DNA of 64,000 nt from Candidatus Woesebacteria bacterium (GTDB lineage: Bacteria > Patescibacteriota > Microgenomatia > UBA1400 > PJMF01), in assembly GCA_017999345.1 (NCBI GenBank), contig JAGNLY010000003.1, positions 4,138-68,137 on the forward strand. Direction: 5' to 3'. The notes beneath the pieces were generated by a model, which saw nothing but the letters and a program-made list of their open reading frames with translations, searched no databases and was not told where the DNA came from. The position numbers were made by a program, and so were the translations under genes. This document shows, piece by piece, positions 27,629 through 37,698 of the stretch. Positions within the stretch are counted from its first letter, which is position 1; each line of letters opens with the position of its first letter.

Positions 27629-28590
27629 ATTAAAGTAGCTTTTTTTAGATTTTTAAAGTATTCATTTTTTGGAAAGTTTACTTTTTTAATTAATTCTCGA
27701 TAGCTCCCAACAACATCTTTTGAAGTTAGTTTTACTTTTTCAACTTCGAGCCAAATTTTTTCATTGATTTCAATACCGGCGGCTTCTTTAATCAGATTTT
27801 TAAATGGATCTGAAGCTTTTCTATGTTCTATAAAAGGTGCGCCATTAATTACAGACATTCCTAGATGATCCATAATTTTTTTTGAAAAGATTCCTGCCCA
27901 AATATCGTCAAATCTATCGTAACCCCATTTTTTGCCATTTTTATCTTCACCCATAAGAGGAAAGTACATTAATGGAGTAATTTCTCGATTAAAAGCTAAA
28001 TTCATTGAGCACATGGGATAATAACTATTGGTTGGAATTATTTGTAAAAAGTGCTCTGCAAATTTGGCTTCGAACTGAAGATTTTGCAAATGAGTCGGGC
28101 CGTCAAAATCCAGTGCGTTCGTCCAGAGTCCATGGCTAATCATCACAGGAGCTTGGTTGCGGTTTAAATATGGCATTCCACGAGTGTACATATATCTTGA
28201 ATCAGGATAAGTATTAGTCCATTTTTGAGGTGTTTTAAGATTTAGGTTTTGTTCGTGAAGCTTGATTAGCTGGTGGTTTTTGACAGGGTAGCAGTCGTCA
28301 TCAATGGTAACTATTTTTTTTGCGCCCATTTTGTAGGCTTGTAAAAATCCATAATTACGAATCGCAGAAACTTTTCTTGGAATAATCCAGCTGTTATCTT
28401 TTAGATCTTCATCTATTTCTTTCCATGAGTAGTGAAATGTTTTTTTGCCAACTTTTGGAATTTTTACGGATTTTTCAGGTTTATCTTCGCAAACAATAAT
28501 AGTTGTGTTTTGAAACTGTTTTTTCCAGTCTAGAAGGAAGTCAAGATTGCGGATAGTTGGGATGACTATAAAGGTTTTTTCCATTGTCAT
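27610..28590 (-). CDS. reversibly-glycosylated-polypeptide family protein (GT75; UDP-arabinopyranose-mutase-like)
   Basis: Matches recalled plant RGP motifs in order: IVIPTIRNLDFL, TIDDDC, SHGLW.N..D.D.PT.L, PMCSMNLAFNRE, DDIWAG, HRKASDPFKNL.KE. Confidence 0.75.
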   Translation of the reverse strand: MTMEKTFIVIPTIRNLDFLLDWKKQFQNTTIIVCEDKPEKSVKIPKVGKKTFHYSWKEIDEDLKDNSWIIPRKVSAIRNYGFLQAYKMGAKKIVTIDDDCYPVKNHQLIKLHEQNLNLKTPQKWTNTYPDSRYMYTRGMPYLNRNQAPVMISHGLWTNALDFDGPTHLQNLQFEAKFAEHFLQIIPTNSYYPMCSMNLAFNREITPLMYFPLMGEDKNGKKWGYDRFDDIWAGIFSKKIMDHLGMSVINGAPFIEHRKASDPFKNLIKEAAGIEINEKIWLEVEKVKLTSKDVVGSYRELIKKVNFPKNEYFKNLKKATLIWLNLF

Positions 28591-28631
28591 ATATTAACAG
28601 CTATTGTTCTATTACGCCAATGATATCTAGC

Positions 28632-29813
28632 TCAAATTATATCGCTAATAGCCTCAACTTTATTTTCCCAAGAGTTGTCAATAGCAAGCAATTGCTCTTT
28701 TTTTTGCAATTCTTTTGGCCATGGTTTTTTTAATAAGGATTTAATATGTATTTCCCATTCTTTCGCAGTATCACCAATTTTAATTAGATTTTTGAATTTT
28801 GTATGCTTAAGTTCTTCAATTGGAGTACTAATTACTGGCTTTTTCATATAAAAATACTCAAAAAGTTTCATTGGATAGCAGAAACGGTTAAAATCATAGG
28901 AGATATCATAAGGTATTACGCAGATGTCTAGTTGTTTTATTATTGAGCCAATTTGATCTTTAGGTTGCGAATCAAACCACATGCAGTTTTCAAACTTTAT
29001 AAGTTCTTCAAATCTTTTTAAGAAATGATGTTTTTTATTAACTATAATGTTCGGTTCATGATGCTTTGGTCCTACAAAAATAAAATTCCATTGTTCATTT
29101 TGGCTTATTAATTCTTTTAAAAGCTCAAAATCTAGTCTTTGGCTTATTTGACCAATGAAGCCAATCAGAGGCTTATCATTTTTTAGCGTGATCTTGCTTT
29201 TGCTTTGGTTATTTTCAAATTTATCGTAACTAAATCCTTGAGGAACGACAGTCATTGGTTTATTTGTCAGAATTTTAAATTTTTTTTCTAGAATGTATGA
29301 ATTTACTGTAATAACATCAGATTTTAATAGCAAAAGTTGTTTCTGAATTGTAAGATTTTTTTGTTCTTGATAGTTCGGTGAGGTATGAAAGTCAACAATG
29401 TCATCAATAACTTTCCAAAAAGGTAGTTTAACTTTAATTAACTGGACTAGTTGAGGGAAAAACATCCATATTAAATGATTTTTCGCACTAGGGTATTTTA
29501 GCTTTAGTATAAGTTGAATTGCAACTGAATAAATTATGGAGTTAATATCTCCGATAAGTTTGATTCTTTTAAATGGGATTAGATCAATGGGATACAAGTA
29601 GCAAATATTATCTATTTTTTTTGAAAAAGTTAGTTTTTGCTGAGTTGCGAATTTTATGAAAATTTCTTTAATTGATAGAGATTGCGTATGATATAGTATG
29701 AATACTCTATTGCTGTTATTTTTAGCCAATATATTTGCAGTCTGTTCAAGATAATCACAGACTTGGGCTTGATGAGAGATATTTGGAATTAGTATTACTG
29801 AGTTTTTAATCAT
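28632..29813 (-). CDS. glycosyltransferase (GT-B fold, GT4/TuaH-like)
   Basis: 393 aa. LIGFIGQISQRLDFELL...FIFVGP... architecture. Start codon shares 2 nt with the divergent ATG at 29812. Confidence 0.5.
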   Translation of the reverse strand: MIKNSVILIPNISHQAQVCDYLEQTANILAKNNSNRVFILYHTQSLSIKEIFIKFATQQKLTFSKKIDNICYLYPIDLIPFKRIKLIGDINSIIYSVAIQLILKLKYPSAKNHLIWMFFPQLVQLIKVKLPFWKVIDDIVDFHTSPNYQEQKNLTIQKQLLLLKSDVITVNSYILEKKFKILTNKPMTVVPQGFSYDKFENNQSKSKITLKNDKPLIGFIGQISQRLDFELLKELISQNEQWNFIFVGPKHHEPNIIVNKKHHFLKRFEELIKFENCMWFDSQPKDQIGSIIKQLDICVIPYDISYDFNRFCYPMKLFEYFYMKKPVISTPIEELKHTKFKNLIKIGDTAKEWEIHIKSLLKKPWPKELQKKEQLLAIDNSWENKVEAISDII

Positions 29814-31365
29814 GCGCTTATACGATTATAATCTTTCTAAATTGCTTCATATCATGCAGAAAGATAAAATTTTAACAATATTTGCTAAATTTACTAAAGA
29901 TTTAGATTCTGCTGCTATTATATCAGTTAATGTTTATTTTTTAGTTTCGCTTGCAATTTCTTCAACAAAGATATCTTTTTTATTTAGTTTTATTTTTTTT
30001 GCTTTTCTAGTTTATTATTACTCATTTTATAAAGCTATGGTTTATAGCATGCTACCTTTATTATATTTTGGATTGGGTCAAATCCACTCTTTTATTGCAG
30101 TTCCTGCTTCAGCAGTTTTTAGCCCTCAATATTGGGAGGGCAGGCAGTTAGTTTTTTCTTTATCACCTTTTTTTATCATTTTTTTATCTGGTTTAATATT
30201 ATTAATTTTTTTGTGGAGAAAAATTAATTTGAGATTTTTAATGCATGAAAAAATGATACTAATATTATTCGCGATGTTTGGACTCTCTTTTGTCGGATCC
30301 GTAATGCCTTTCATAAGTTTTGCTTTTACAATGAACGATCTCCTATTGATTGTTTGGGGAATTTATTTGGTTTTAGCTACAAAAAATATCTCCAAATTAA
30401 AAGTAAAAAAAATATTACTTACTTTGGCAATAATTTTTGTAGCAATTTTATTGCAAAATTCACTGCTTGTTTTTGGACAAATAATTAAGGGCGGTGCTTT
30501 AGGATTAGCGATTGAAAGAACGGAAGTTGCACCGGTTTTTGGACTCGGGGCCGATGAAAGGGCGGGAGTTTTTAGGCCATTTGGTTTTAATATTCATCCT
30601 AACGGTCTTGCCAACGAAGTTATTTTAATTGGAATAAGTATTCTGATTATGCTCCAATATTTATTTGAAAAATTTACCAAAAAAAATAAAACATTTAATA
30701 TTTTAGTCATCGCTGTCTTTTTAGTATCATTATTAATAATAATACTAACTCTTAGTAGAGCAGCGTTTGTTGCAATCTTTTTATCTTTATTATTTTTTGC
30801 GCATAGACACCCAAAACAGCTTAAAAAAATTGAAAACTTGCAACAGAGAATAGCAAGCAAATCTAACCCTTGGTTGAAAGTTGTTATATTTATTGTGTTG
30901 GCAGTCTTAACTTTTAAGTTAACAAGTAGGCTATTTGATACCATCTATTCATTTAGCGAGTTAGGTGGTGTTTCTACCAGAATTGAGCAGTATAAAGAGG
31001 CATTTGAAGTTTTTAAGAATTATCCGTTATTTGGAGTAGGAGTTGGTATGTTTATGCCAGCTTCATATCAATTATTTCCTGATGGAATAATGAGATATTT
31101 TCCAGAACCAGTTCATAATGGTTTTTTACTGTTTTTAGTTGAAAGAGGTGCATTTGGTGCGATAACTTATTTGATATTTTTAATATATTTTTATTCAGAA
31201 ATTAGTAAGTTAAAACTCAGGAAGCTTACTAAGACTATGATATACTTAGGCATTATTTCTAGCTTCGTAATGATGTTATTTCATCCGCAAAATAACTTTT
31301 TAAGTTTTTTAATTGTCTTTATTTTATTTATTATTCATTATGAAAAAACAAATATTAAAATATAA
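29812..31365 (+). CDS. O-antigen ligase/polymerase family (Wzy_C) membrane protein
   Basis: 517 aa, at least 10 TM. LTLSRAAFVAIFLSLLFF plus the loop HNGFLLFLVERGAFGAITY is typical of Wzy_C. A possible later start is ATG 29854. Confidence 0.7.
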   Translation: MRLYDYNLSKLLHIMQKDKILTIFAKFTKDLDSAAIISVNVYFLVSLAISSTKISFLFSFIFFAFLVYYYSFYKAMVYSMLPLLYFGLGQIHSFIAVPASAVFSPQYWEGRQLVFSLSPFFIIFLSGLILLIFLWRKINLRFLMHEKMILILFAMFGLSFVGSVMPFISFAFTMNDLLLIVWGIYLVLATKNISKLKVKKILLTLAIIFVAILLQNSLLVFGQIIKGGALGLAIERTEVAPVFGLGADERAGVFRPFGFNIHPNGLANEVILIGISILIMLQYLFEKFTKKNKTFNILVIAVFLVSLLIIILTLSRAAFVAIFLSLLFFAHRHPKQLKKIENLQQRIASKSNPWLKVVIFIVLAVLTFKLTSRLFDTIYSFSELGGVSTRIEQYKEAFEVFKNYPLFGVGVGMFMPASYQLFPDGIMRYFPEPVHNGFLLFLVERGAFGAITYLIFLIYFYSEISKLKLRKLTKTMIYLGIISSFVMMLFHPQNNFLSFLIVFILFIIHYEKTNIKI

Positions 31366-32227
31366 AAAACTTTTGATTACAAAATTTAAATTTGTAGATA
31401 TTTTTGGTTTATTACTTATTTTTTTTGTTATCTCTTTGTCATATTTGCTTCTTAATAGAAAAGTCGAGTACTTAAATATAACTTTGAGGTTATTTAATTA
31501 CGAAGGCTCTGAATATGGTATAGGGACTAATAAGCCTCGTCCATGGTATGTAGAGCAAATTAAACCTGGAAAAAAACTAGTTGGTGGTTTTGGTCAAACT
31601 TTAATTGAAGTTACAGATGTTTACAACTATGAAGGTCCATCAACATTGCAAGATACTTATGTAACCTTAAAAATTAGAGCTGCTCAAAATAAAACTAGCA
31701 AACAGTATATTTATAATGGAAGTCCATTATTGATTCATGATGTTAGGTCATTTAAAGTCCAAGACTTGTTAATAATTGGAGAAATAATTGATATTGAAGA
31801 TAGTGAAATTAATATCAAAAAGGAAACAAAGAAATTTTTAATTTCTTTAGACTTATTTAGTCAGTTAAGTAATAATATTAATAGAAGCGATGTAGTTATA
31901 GAAGGTGTAGAAGACTATATTGCAAATTCCATAGAAAAAGGAATGAAAATTAAAGATAGTAACAATAATGTAGTTGTCGAAATTATAGATATGACAACTT
32001 CACCTGGCATAAGAAGTTGGGTTGGTCCAAATGGATATGTTGAAACAGTAGACCCTAATCGTACAAAAGTAAAATTAAAAGTGGAAATTGTGGGAGAAGA
32101 GATCAACAACTATTACTACTATCGTCGTGAAGCCCCATTTATTGTTGGCGGCGGTTTGCATCTTATATTTAATAATACGTCTGTGGTTGGGACTATAACA
32201 GATGTAAAACCATTGTCGGAAAATTAA
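31340..32227 (+). CDS. membrane-anchored hypothetical protein (DUF4330-like)
   Basis: N-terminal FKFVDIFGLLLIFFVISLSYLLL anchor, then a beta-rich ectodomain. Start at ATG 31340 (MKKQILKY). Confidence 0.45.
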   Translation: MKKQILKYKKLLITKFKFVDIFGLLLIFFVISLSYLLLNRKVEYLNITLRLFNYEGSEYGIGTNKPRPWYVEQIKPGKKLVGGFGQTLIEVTDVYNYEGPSTLQDTYVTLKIRAAQNKTSKQYIYNGSPLLIHDVRSFKVQDLLIIGEIIDIEDSEINIKKETKKFLISLDLFSQLSNNINRSDVVIEGVEDYIANSIEKGMKIKDSNNNVVVEIIDMTTSPGIRSWVGPNGYVETVDPNRTKVKLKVEIVGEEINNYYYYRREAPFIVGGGLHLIFNNTSVVGTITDVKPLSEN

Positions 32228-33078
32228 TGAAAAGATTCCCAAAAATATCAATTGTTACTCCGTCTTTCAATCAGGGAAATTTTTTAGAGAGAACTATTCT
32301 CTCTGTTATAGAACAAAATTACCCCAATTTTGAATATGTAATTATTGACGGTGGATCTAATGACGGAAGTCAAAAGATTATAAAAAAATATAAAAAATAT
32401 TTGAAATATTGGGAAAGTAAGCCAGATAGAGGCCAATCGCATGCGATTAACAAGGGTTTTGCTAAAACTGATGGCGAGATAATGTTTTGGATTAATAGTG
32501 ATGATGTTTTGAGGCCAGGAGCATTGCACTTGGTAGCTAGTATTTTTAATAAGTTTAGCGAGATTAATTGGCTAACTAGTTTGCCATCAACAGTGAATGA
32601 TGAAGGTTATCAGCTTTATTTAGCTCAGCCACCTTTATATATAAATAATTTTATTAAAAGAGGGTGGTACACTCGAAAATTTATGGGATTTATTATGCAA
32701 GAGGGCACTTTTTGGAGAAGGACTTTGTGGAATAAAGCAGGCGGAAAGTTAGAAGAGGTACCTTACTCAATGGATCTTAAACTTTGGCAATCATTTGCAA
32801 AATATGAAAAATTATATTGTGTGCATGCTTGTTTGTCTTCATACAGACTTAATCCAAATCGTAAAAACAATGATGGCCATAAAAAATATTATAAAGAAAT
32901 TAATGCTTGGGTTCCTGAAAATATTAGTTTATTAGGAAAAATCATCTGGCGCCAAATTGCAAAATTTGCAAATCATTCTAAATTAAATCCAGGAATATAT
33001 TATGATCAAAAAGAGTTGAAGTGGTATTTTAGGAAAAACATATTTAATTCTCGCAGTTTTAAATTGCTGAAAATATGA
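32227..33078 (+). CDS. glycosyltransferase family 2
   Basis: ISIVTPSFNQGNFLERTILSVIEQNYPNFEYVIIDGGSNDGS...WINSDD. TAATG overlap with the upstream gene. Confidence 0.85.
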   Translation: MKRFPKISIVTPSFNQGNFLERTILSVIEQNYPNFEYVIIDGGSNDGSQKIIKKYKKYLKYWESKPDRGQSHAINKGFAKTDGEIMFWINSDDVLRPGALHLVASIFNKFSEINWLTSLPSTVNDEGYQLYLAQPPLYINNFIKRGWYTRKFMGFIMQEGTFWRRTLWNKAGGKLEEVPYSMDLKLWQSFAKYEKLYCVHACLSSYRLNPNRKNNDGHKKYYKEINAWVPENISLLGKIIWRQIAKFANHSKLNPGIYYDQKELKWYFRKNIFNSRSFKLLKI

Positions 33079-35672
33079 AAAAAATAATCAACATTATAAT
33101 TATTTTTGTTGTTTTAACCTTCTTGTATTTTTTTAATGGTAGAAACAAAGAAGGCATTAATTGGGAATTTTATATTGATAAACAAACTGGAGCAAACTCA
33201 GTTCTTAATATTGGAAGGAATTTAACTTTCGATAATGACTTTATATATTTTAGTGATGGAGCTGGCACTATTTATTCTATTCTCCAAAAAGATGGTTCTA
33301 TTAATTGGACGAGCAAGTTAGCTAATCACACGCCATTTGAAATTACTCAGGATGATACTTCGATTTACATTGCTAGCTTTGATAAACATATTTATAAATT
33401 AGATAAAAGCAATGGGTACATCGAATGGAGCTATGTTATAGAAAGCCAATATTGGCCAGATACGGAAGTAATACTTGATGAAAATGATAAGTATGTATTT
33501 TTTGCTGATCGCGGAGGTAATTTATATGCTTTAGATAAAAATTCTGGCAACGAAGTATGGAGAAAAGAGTTTCAAGCTATTGATAATACTGTTGAATTTA
33601 AAGAAGGCTCCATTCACTTTGGTTTTTTGACACAAAATGAAGATGAACTTATTGTAGATCATTTTCCAAGCAAAACTATTTATAGGGTTAACAAAACAGA
33701 TGGATTAATTCTTGAAGAAAGCGAACCATCTTTAGATTTTAAACCTGTAAAAACAAAAGAAAACTTATTTTTTGATCAAGATGATCTTGATATAAAAAGG
33801 AATGTTGCTAACCAGCCAGCTCTTAGTTTATTTGATAAAGATGATAATTTAATTTGGGTCTATCAAACTAAAAGAAAAATTAACTTTAACGAAATATATC
33901 AATATAAAAATAGGGCTTATTTTTTAGATATTAATAATCAGATATTGTCATCAATAATAATTAGTTCTGATCCCTTGGAAGAAGAAAAAATTGTTCAAAC
34001 AAACTTTAAAGTTGAGGAAAATTTTTCTTCCCATGGTCCTTTTAATGTTTATCCTAATCCACATATTCGTTTTGAAAAAGAAAGTTCTATTACTGAAGGA
34101 ATCAAACAAAAAATTAAGGGAATATCTAATTATTTTATGTACATTTTAGATAACTTTAAAGAACTTTTTGATTTCAAAATTAATACTGAAGAGAAATATG
34201 ATTACACAGAGTTTAGTATTTTGCATCAAGATAATTTTTATAATAATAAGTTTACAGAAGTTAAAATTAATGGTGAATTTGAAAATAAATTAACAAATGA
34301 AAAACTAAAAATAAGCGGTTTTTATTATGATAAAAATACTTGGAAGCTTAGAGCAAAGCTAAATGAGGGTGAGTGGATTTACAATATCAAGGTTATCACC
34401 CCGTTTTGGATTAAGAAATTTAAAGGTTCTTTGCAAGTGAATAAGGAAAAAGAACCAGAATTATTAGTTAAAAATGGCGAATTTGTAGTTGGCGAGAATC
34501 TTTTTCTCCCGTTGGGTTTACAAGACGCAATAGTTGATTTGAGTGATGATGGAAATAGGTTAAATATGATGGGACATGCTTTTTCAAATAAACCATTGGA
34601 AGATAATTATGAATATTTGCCATTTAAAGATTATCTTGATCTTTACAAAAATGAATCATCGATGAATATTTTTCGTTACGGTCCAGATAATTGGGCTCCT
34701 TCAATTTGGAAAAACCTCAATGATTCTGAACAATTTGAAATGGATATAAATGGCAATTATGAGGGTGATTTTATTACTCAAGAGGCCAAAAAGAGAGGTT
34801 ATAGAGTAATGATGAGTGTGTTCGCATTCTATCCTCCATATTCTTCTAAGGAAGAATTTTCAAAAAAATCAAACCGTCTGGTTTTGGAAAAATATTTGGA
34901 CTATGTCATAGCACGTTATGGGGCTTCAGTAGATATTTGGGAACTTGCAAATGAAGCGATTCCTACATTAGAGTGGCAAAATTTTATTAGTGATTACTTA
35001 ATAAATAATGATCCATATAAGCACCCAATCACTATTAATTTGGAAGATTCAAGATTGGATAATTCAGATCTTCTATCAATTCATTATGTGGCAGAAGAAC
35101 CTCTTGATAATAAAAATTTTGTTTATATGATTGAAAATTTTAATACTAAACATGATCAAGATATGACTAAGATAATTAGTGAATTTGGTTTTATAAATGC
35201 CAATCATTTTCCTGGTTCAGCTGAGTGGCAACGTAAATTTGCGTGGGCTTTTTCATTTCAAAAAATTGGTATTATTTTTTGGAACACCGGATTTGGTTAT
35301 TTTGAAAATATTGAAAATCAAAACAGTAATATTTATCTTGGACCTGAAGAAAGATTTTACTTAAAAAATTTAAGAAATTTTTTACCTGATATGAGTGCAG
35401 ACTCCATTAGTAAATTATATTTTGAGAATGAAAATAAAATAGCAGTATTCAGCTTAAGTGATAATAATTTTGATTTATATTATTTGTTGAATTTGGATCA
35501 ATCTAATAAAAGTCAATTTTTTGAGGTTGATGCAACAAGCAGCGGTGTTGCTACTTTTATTAGTCCCAAAACAGGAAATAAGTTACAAGAATTTCCAGTT
35601 AAAGAAGGAAAACAACAACTAAGCTTACCTGATTTCAATGATGATCTAGCAATTAAGATTAGTTATGACTGA
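33075..35672 (+). CDS. secreted/anchored PQQ-like beta-propeller + Ig-like + GH5-like (TIM-barrel glycoside hydrolase) protein
   Basis: 865 aa. N-terminal anchor, PQQ-type repeats (GTIYSILQKDGSINW, HIYKLDKSNGYIEW, GNLYALDKNSGNEVW). C-terminal VDIWELANE resembles the GH5 acid/base NE(P) motif. Confidence 0.55.
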   Translation: MKKIINIIIIFVVLTFLYFFNGRNKEGINWEFYIDKQTGANSVLNIGRNLTFDNDFIYFSDGAGTIYSILQKDGSINWTSKLANHTPFEITQDDTSIYIASFDKHIYKLDKSNGYIEWSYVIESQYWPDTEVILDENDKYVFFADRGGNLYALDKNSGNEVWRKEFQAIDNTVEFKEGSIHFGFLTQNEDELIVDHFPSKTIYRVNKTDGLILEESEPSLDFKPVKTKENLFFDQDDLDIKRNVANQPALSLFDKDDNLIWVYQTKRKINFNEIYQYKNRAYFLDINNQILSSIIISSDPLEEEKIVQTNFKVEENFSSHGPFNVYPNPHIRFEKESSITEGIKQKIKGISNYFMYILDNFKELFDFKINTEEKYDYTEFSILHQDNFYNNKFTEVKINGEFENKLTNEKLKISGFYYDKNTWKLRAKLNEGEWIYNIKVITPFWIKKFKGSLQVNKEKEPELLVKNGEFVVGENLFLPLGLQDAIVDLSDDGNRLNMMGHAFSNKPLEDNYEYLPFKDYLDLYKNESSMNIFRYGPDNWAPSIWKNLNDSEQFEMDINGNYEGDFITQEAKKRGYRVMMSVFAFYPPYSSKEEFSKKSNRLVLEKYLDYVIARYGASVDIWELANEAIPTLEWQNFISDYLINNDPYKHPITINLEDSRLDNSDLLSIHYVAEEPLDNKNFVYMIENFNTKHDQDMTKIISEFGFINANHFPGSAEWQRKFAWAFSFQKIGIIFWNTGFGYFENIENQNSNIYLGPEERFYLKNLRNFLPDMSADSISKLYFENENKIAVFSLSDNNFDLYYLLNLDQSNKSQFFEVDATSSGVATFISPKTGNKLQEFPVKEGKQQLSLPDFNDDLAIKISYD

Positions 35673-36841
35673 TTTCCAGAATATAATTTTTCAAGTTGTT
35701 TAGCTACAATCTTCCAAGATAGTGATTCTGCTACTTTTCTTGAATTTTTTCCTAGTGTTTCAATTTTTTTAGGATTATCCAATAGATTACTAATTGCCAT
35801 AGCAAATTTTTTAGGATTTTCTGAGGCCAAGATCCCAACTTTTTCTTTATTCAGCAATTTCTCAACTTCCCCGGTTGGGTTAGCAGCAATTGGTCTACCT
35901 GCAGCCAAATAATCACCTAGTTTGTTTGGGAATTTACCAAGGTTAATTTCTTTATTAGCAAAAGGAAGCAGCATTATGTCGCTTGCAGCCAGACAGAGCG
36001 GAAGTAGTTTTCTAGAAACTATCCCAGGATGCATGACTTTTTTTAGAGCTACTGGATAATTATCAAATTCTTCATAAAATTTATCGATATTTTTTGGTCC
36101 CAACACCAGCAAAAAAGTGTCGTTTCTAATTTCGTTGAGAGCAATGAAGGTTTTAGCCAGTAGTACTTCGTCATAAGTGCCTACATAAAGATAAGTTATG
36201 ACTTTATAGTTCGCAGGAAAAGAAATTTTTTTTCTGGCTTTATCTTTCGACATTGGTTTAATGCCATCAATATTACATCCGATTGGTAAAAAGAAAATAT
36301 TTTTCTCTGAACCCCTTATTTTTATTGATTTTTTTACCAGGTCATCACTGATTGGAGTCACATATTGCGCGTGTTTGATAAACCATTGCTCAAAGTTGTG
36401 GTCTAGAGTAACCGGGATCAAACGAAAACGACCATAGCGTCGATCTGCAATTCCTCCTTTACCCCATAAATCAGCCCAATCAAGAAACCATTTAGTTTGT
36501 TTACTAAAGAATGATTTTATAAATCCTGGAACTGATGCCGCTGGCCGGTGATTAAAAGTATGAATAACATCACATTTTGAAAAAAGAATACTTAGAGAGC
36601 GATATAAAATATCAAATGGGTCATAGCCACCTTTTCTAAATCGGTAAGGAAAAATACCAATTGATTCAATCACTTTAACTTTTTTTTCAAATGACATTTT
36701 CCTGGTAATGGAAATTTCTTTTGCACTTGTCCAAAGTGTAACTTCATGTCCAAGTTCAGTTAATCCTTGAGCAAGAGATAGAGAGCGCAAATAACTGCCT
36801 CCAATTTCTTTAGCTTCGTAAGTCGAGAAAATAATTTTCAT
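35663..36841 (-). CDS. glycosyltransferase family 4
   Basis: Start ATG 36841 (MKIIFSTYEAKEIGGSYLRSLSLAQGL), 2 nt after the upstream stop. The tracked longer start overlaps the previous gene. Confidence 0.75.
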   Translation of the reverse strand: MKIIFSTYEAKEIGGSYLRSLSLAQGLTELGHEVTLWTSAKEISITRKMSFEKKVKVIESIGIFPYRFRKGGYDPFDILYRSLSILFSKCDVIHTFNHRPAASVPGFIKSFFSKQTKWFLDWADLWGKGGIADRRYGRFRLIPVTLDHNFEQWFIKHAQYVTPISDDLVKKSIKIRGSEKNIFFLPIGCNIDGIKPMSKDKARKKISFPANYKVITYLYVGTYDEVLLAKTFIALNEIRNDTFLLVLGPKNIDKFYEEFDNYPVALKKVMHPGIVSRKLLPLCLAASDIMLLPFANKEINLGKFPNKLGDYLAAGRPIAANPTGEVEKLLNKEKVGILASENPKKFAMAISNLLDNPKKIETLGKNSRKVAESLSWKIVAKQLEKLYSGNQS

Positions 36842-36843
36842 TT

Positions 36844-37566
36844 TTATTTGTTTGCCTTGAATAATTTTCTTATTATAGTTGAAAAGATAAAATTTGGAAT
36901 GACGATTAAATATCGTCTCCATAATCTTTTTGGTTCTGTAATTAACCTGAAAAGCCATTCCATCCCAATTTGTTGTATAAACTTAGGAGCCTGTTTTTTA
37001 TTATTGGTGATAAAGTCAAAGGCAGCACCCACGCAGAAAACAGTAGTTTTTTTAAGTCTAGATTTTAGTCTTGCAGCTAGTTCAACTTGTTTGGGAGAGC
37101 CAATTCCAATCCACAGGACGTCTGGCTGGATTTTAATAATCTTGTTTAATATTTCTTGTTCTTTTTTGTTAGAATCAGATTTTTTAATGAACAAATAGTA
37201 TTGAAATTGGTTTTTATCGAGTGTCTTCTTCTCTAATTTATGGAGTGTTTGTGCATCGGTACCTAAAAATACACTTGAAAAATTTTTTCTTTTTACTTTT
37301 TTCAAAATTGAGAGCATTAGGTTGGGGCCGTACACTCTATCAATAATAAAATTATTTTTAAATCTAAACCACCATGTTAGCCACATGCTATCCGTAGTAT
37401 ATATGTCAATTTTATTATAAAAGGTGTTACTTTTAGCTTGAGCCAGAGAATGAAGATCGCAAGGAAGAACGATTATTGTTTTTTGTTTTCCAATTTTACT
37501 ATTAATATTGTCTGCGACTGATTCAAAATCTCCTAGGATAAACTTGTCGCTATAAATACTCTTCAT
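36844..37566 (-). CDS. WecB/TagA/CpsF-family glycosyltransferase (GT26)
   Basis: VLWIGIGSPKQVELA..., FCVGAAFDFITNNKKQAPKFIQQIGMEWLFRLITEPKRLWRRY. Start at ATG 37566. Confidence 0.85.
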   Translation of the reverse strand: MKSIYSDKFILGDFESVADNINSKIGKQKTIIVLPCDLHSLAQAKSNTFYNKIDIYTTDSMWLTWWFRFKNNFIIDRVYGPNLMLSILKKVKRKNFSSVFLGTDAQTLHKLEKKTLDKNQFQYYLFIKKSDSNKKEQEILNKIIKIQPDVLWIGIGSPKQVELAARLKSRLKKTTVFCVGAAFDFITNNKKQAPKFIQQIGMEWLFRLITEPKRLWRRYLIVIPNFIFSTIIRKLFKANK

Positions 37567-37698
37567 AATATATAATCTTTTAGATCGGACTGTTTTTTTT
37601 GATGTCTTACAATGTTGCTTAATCCACAAGCATGCAGTTAGTATAACCTAATTTTTTTAATTTCTTATCAAAGTTATGAACAATTTTAAAGAAAAAGT

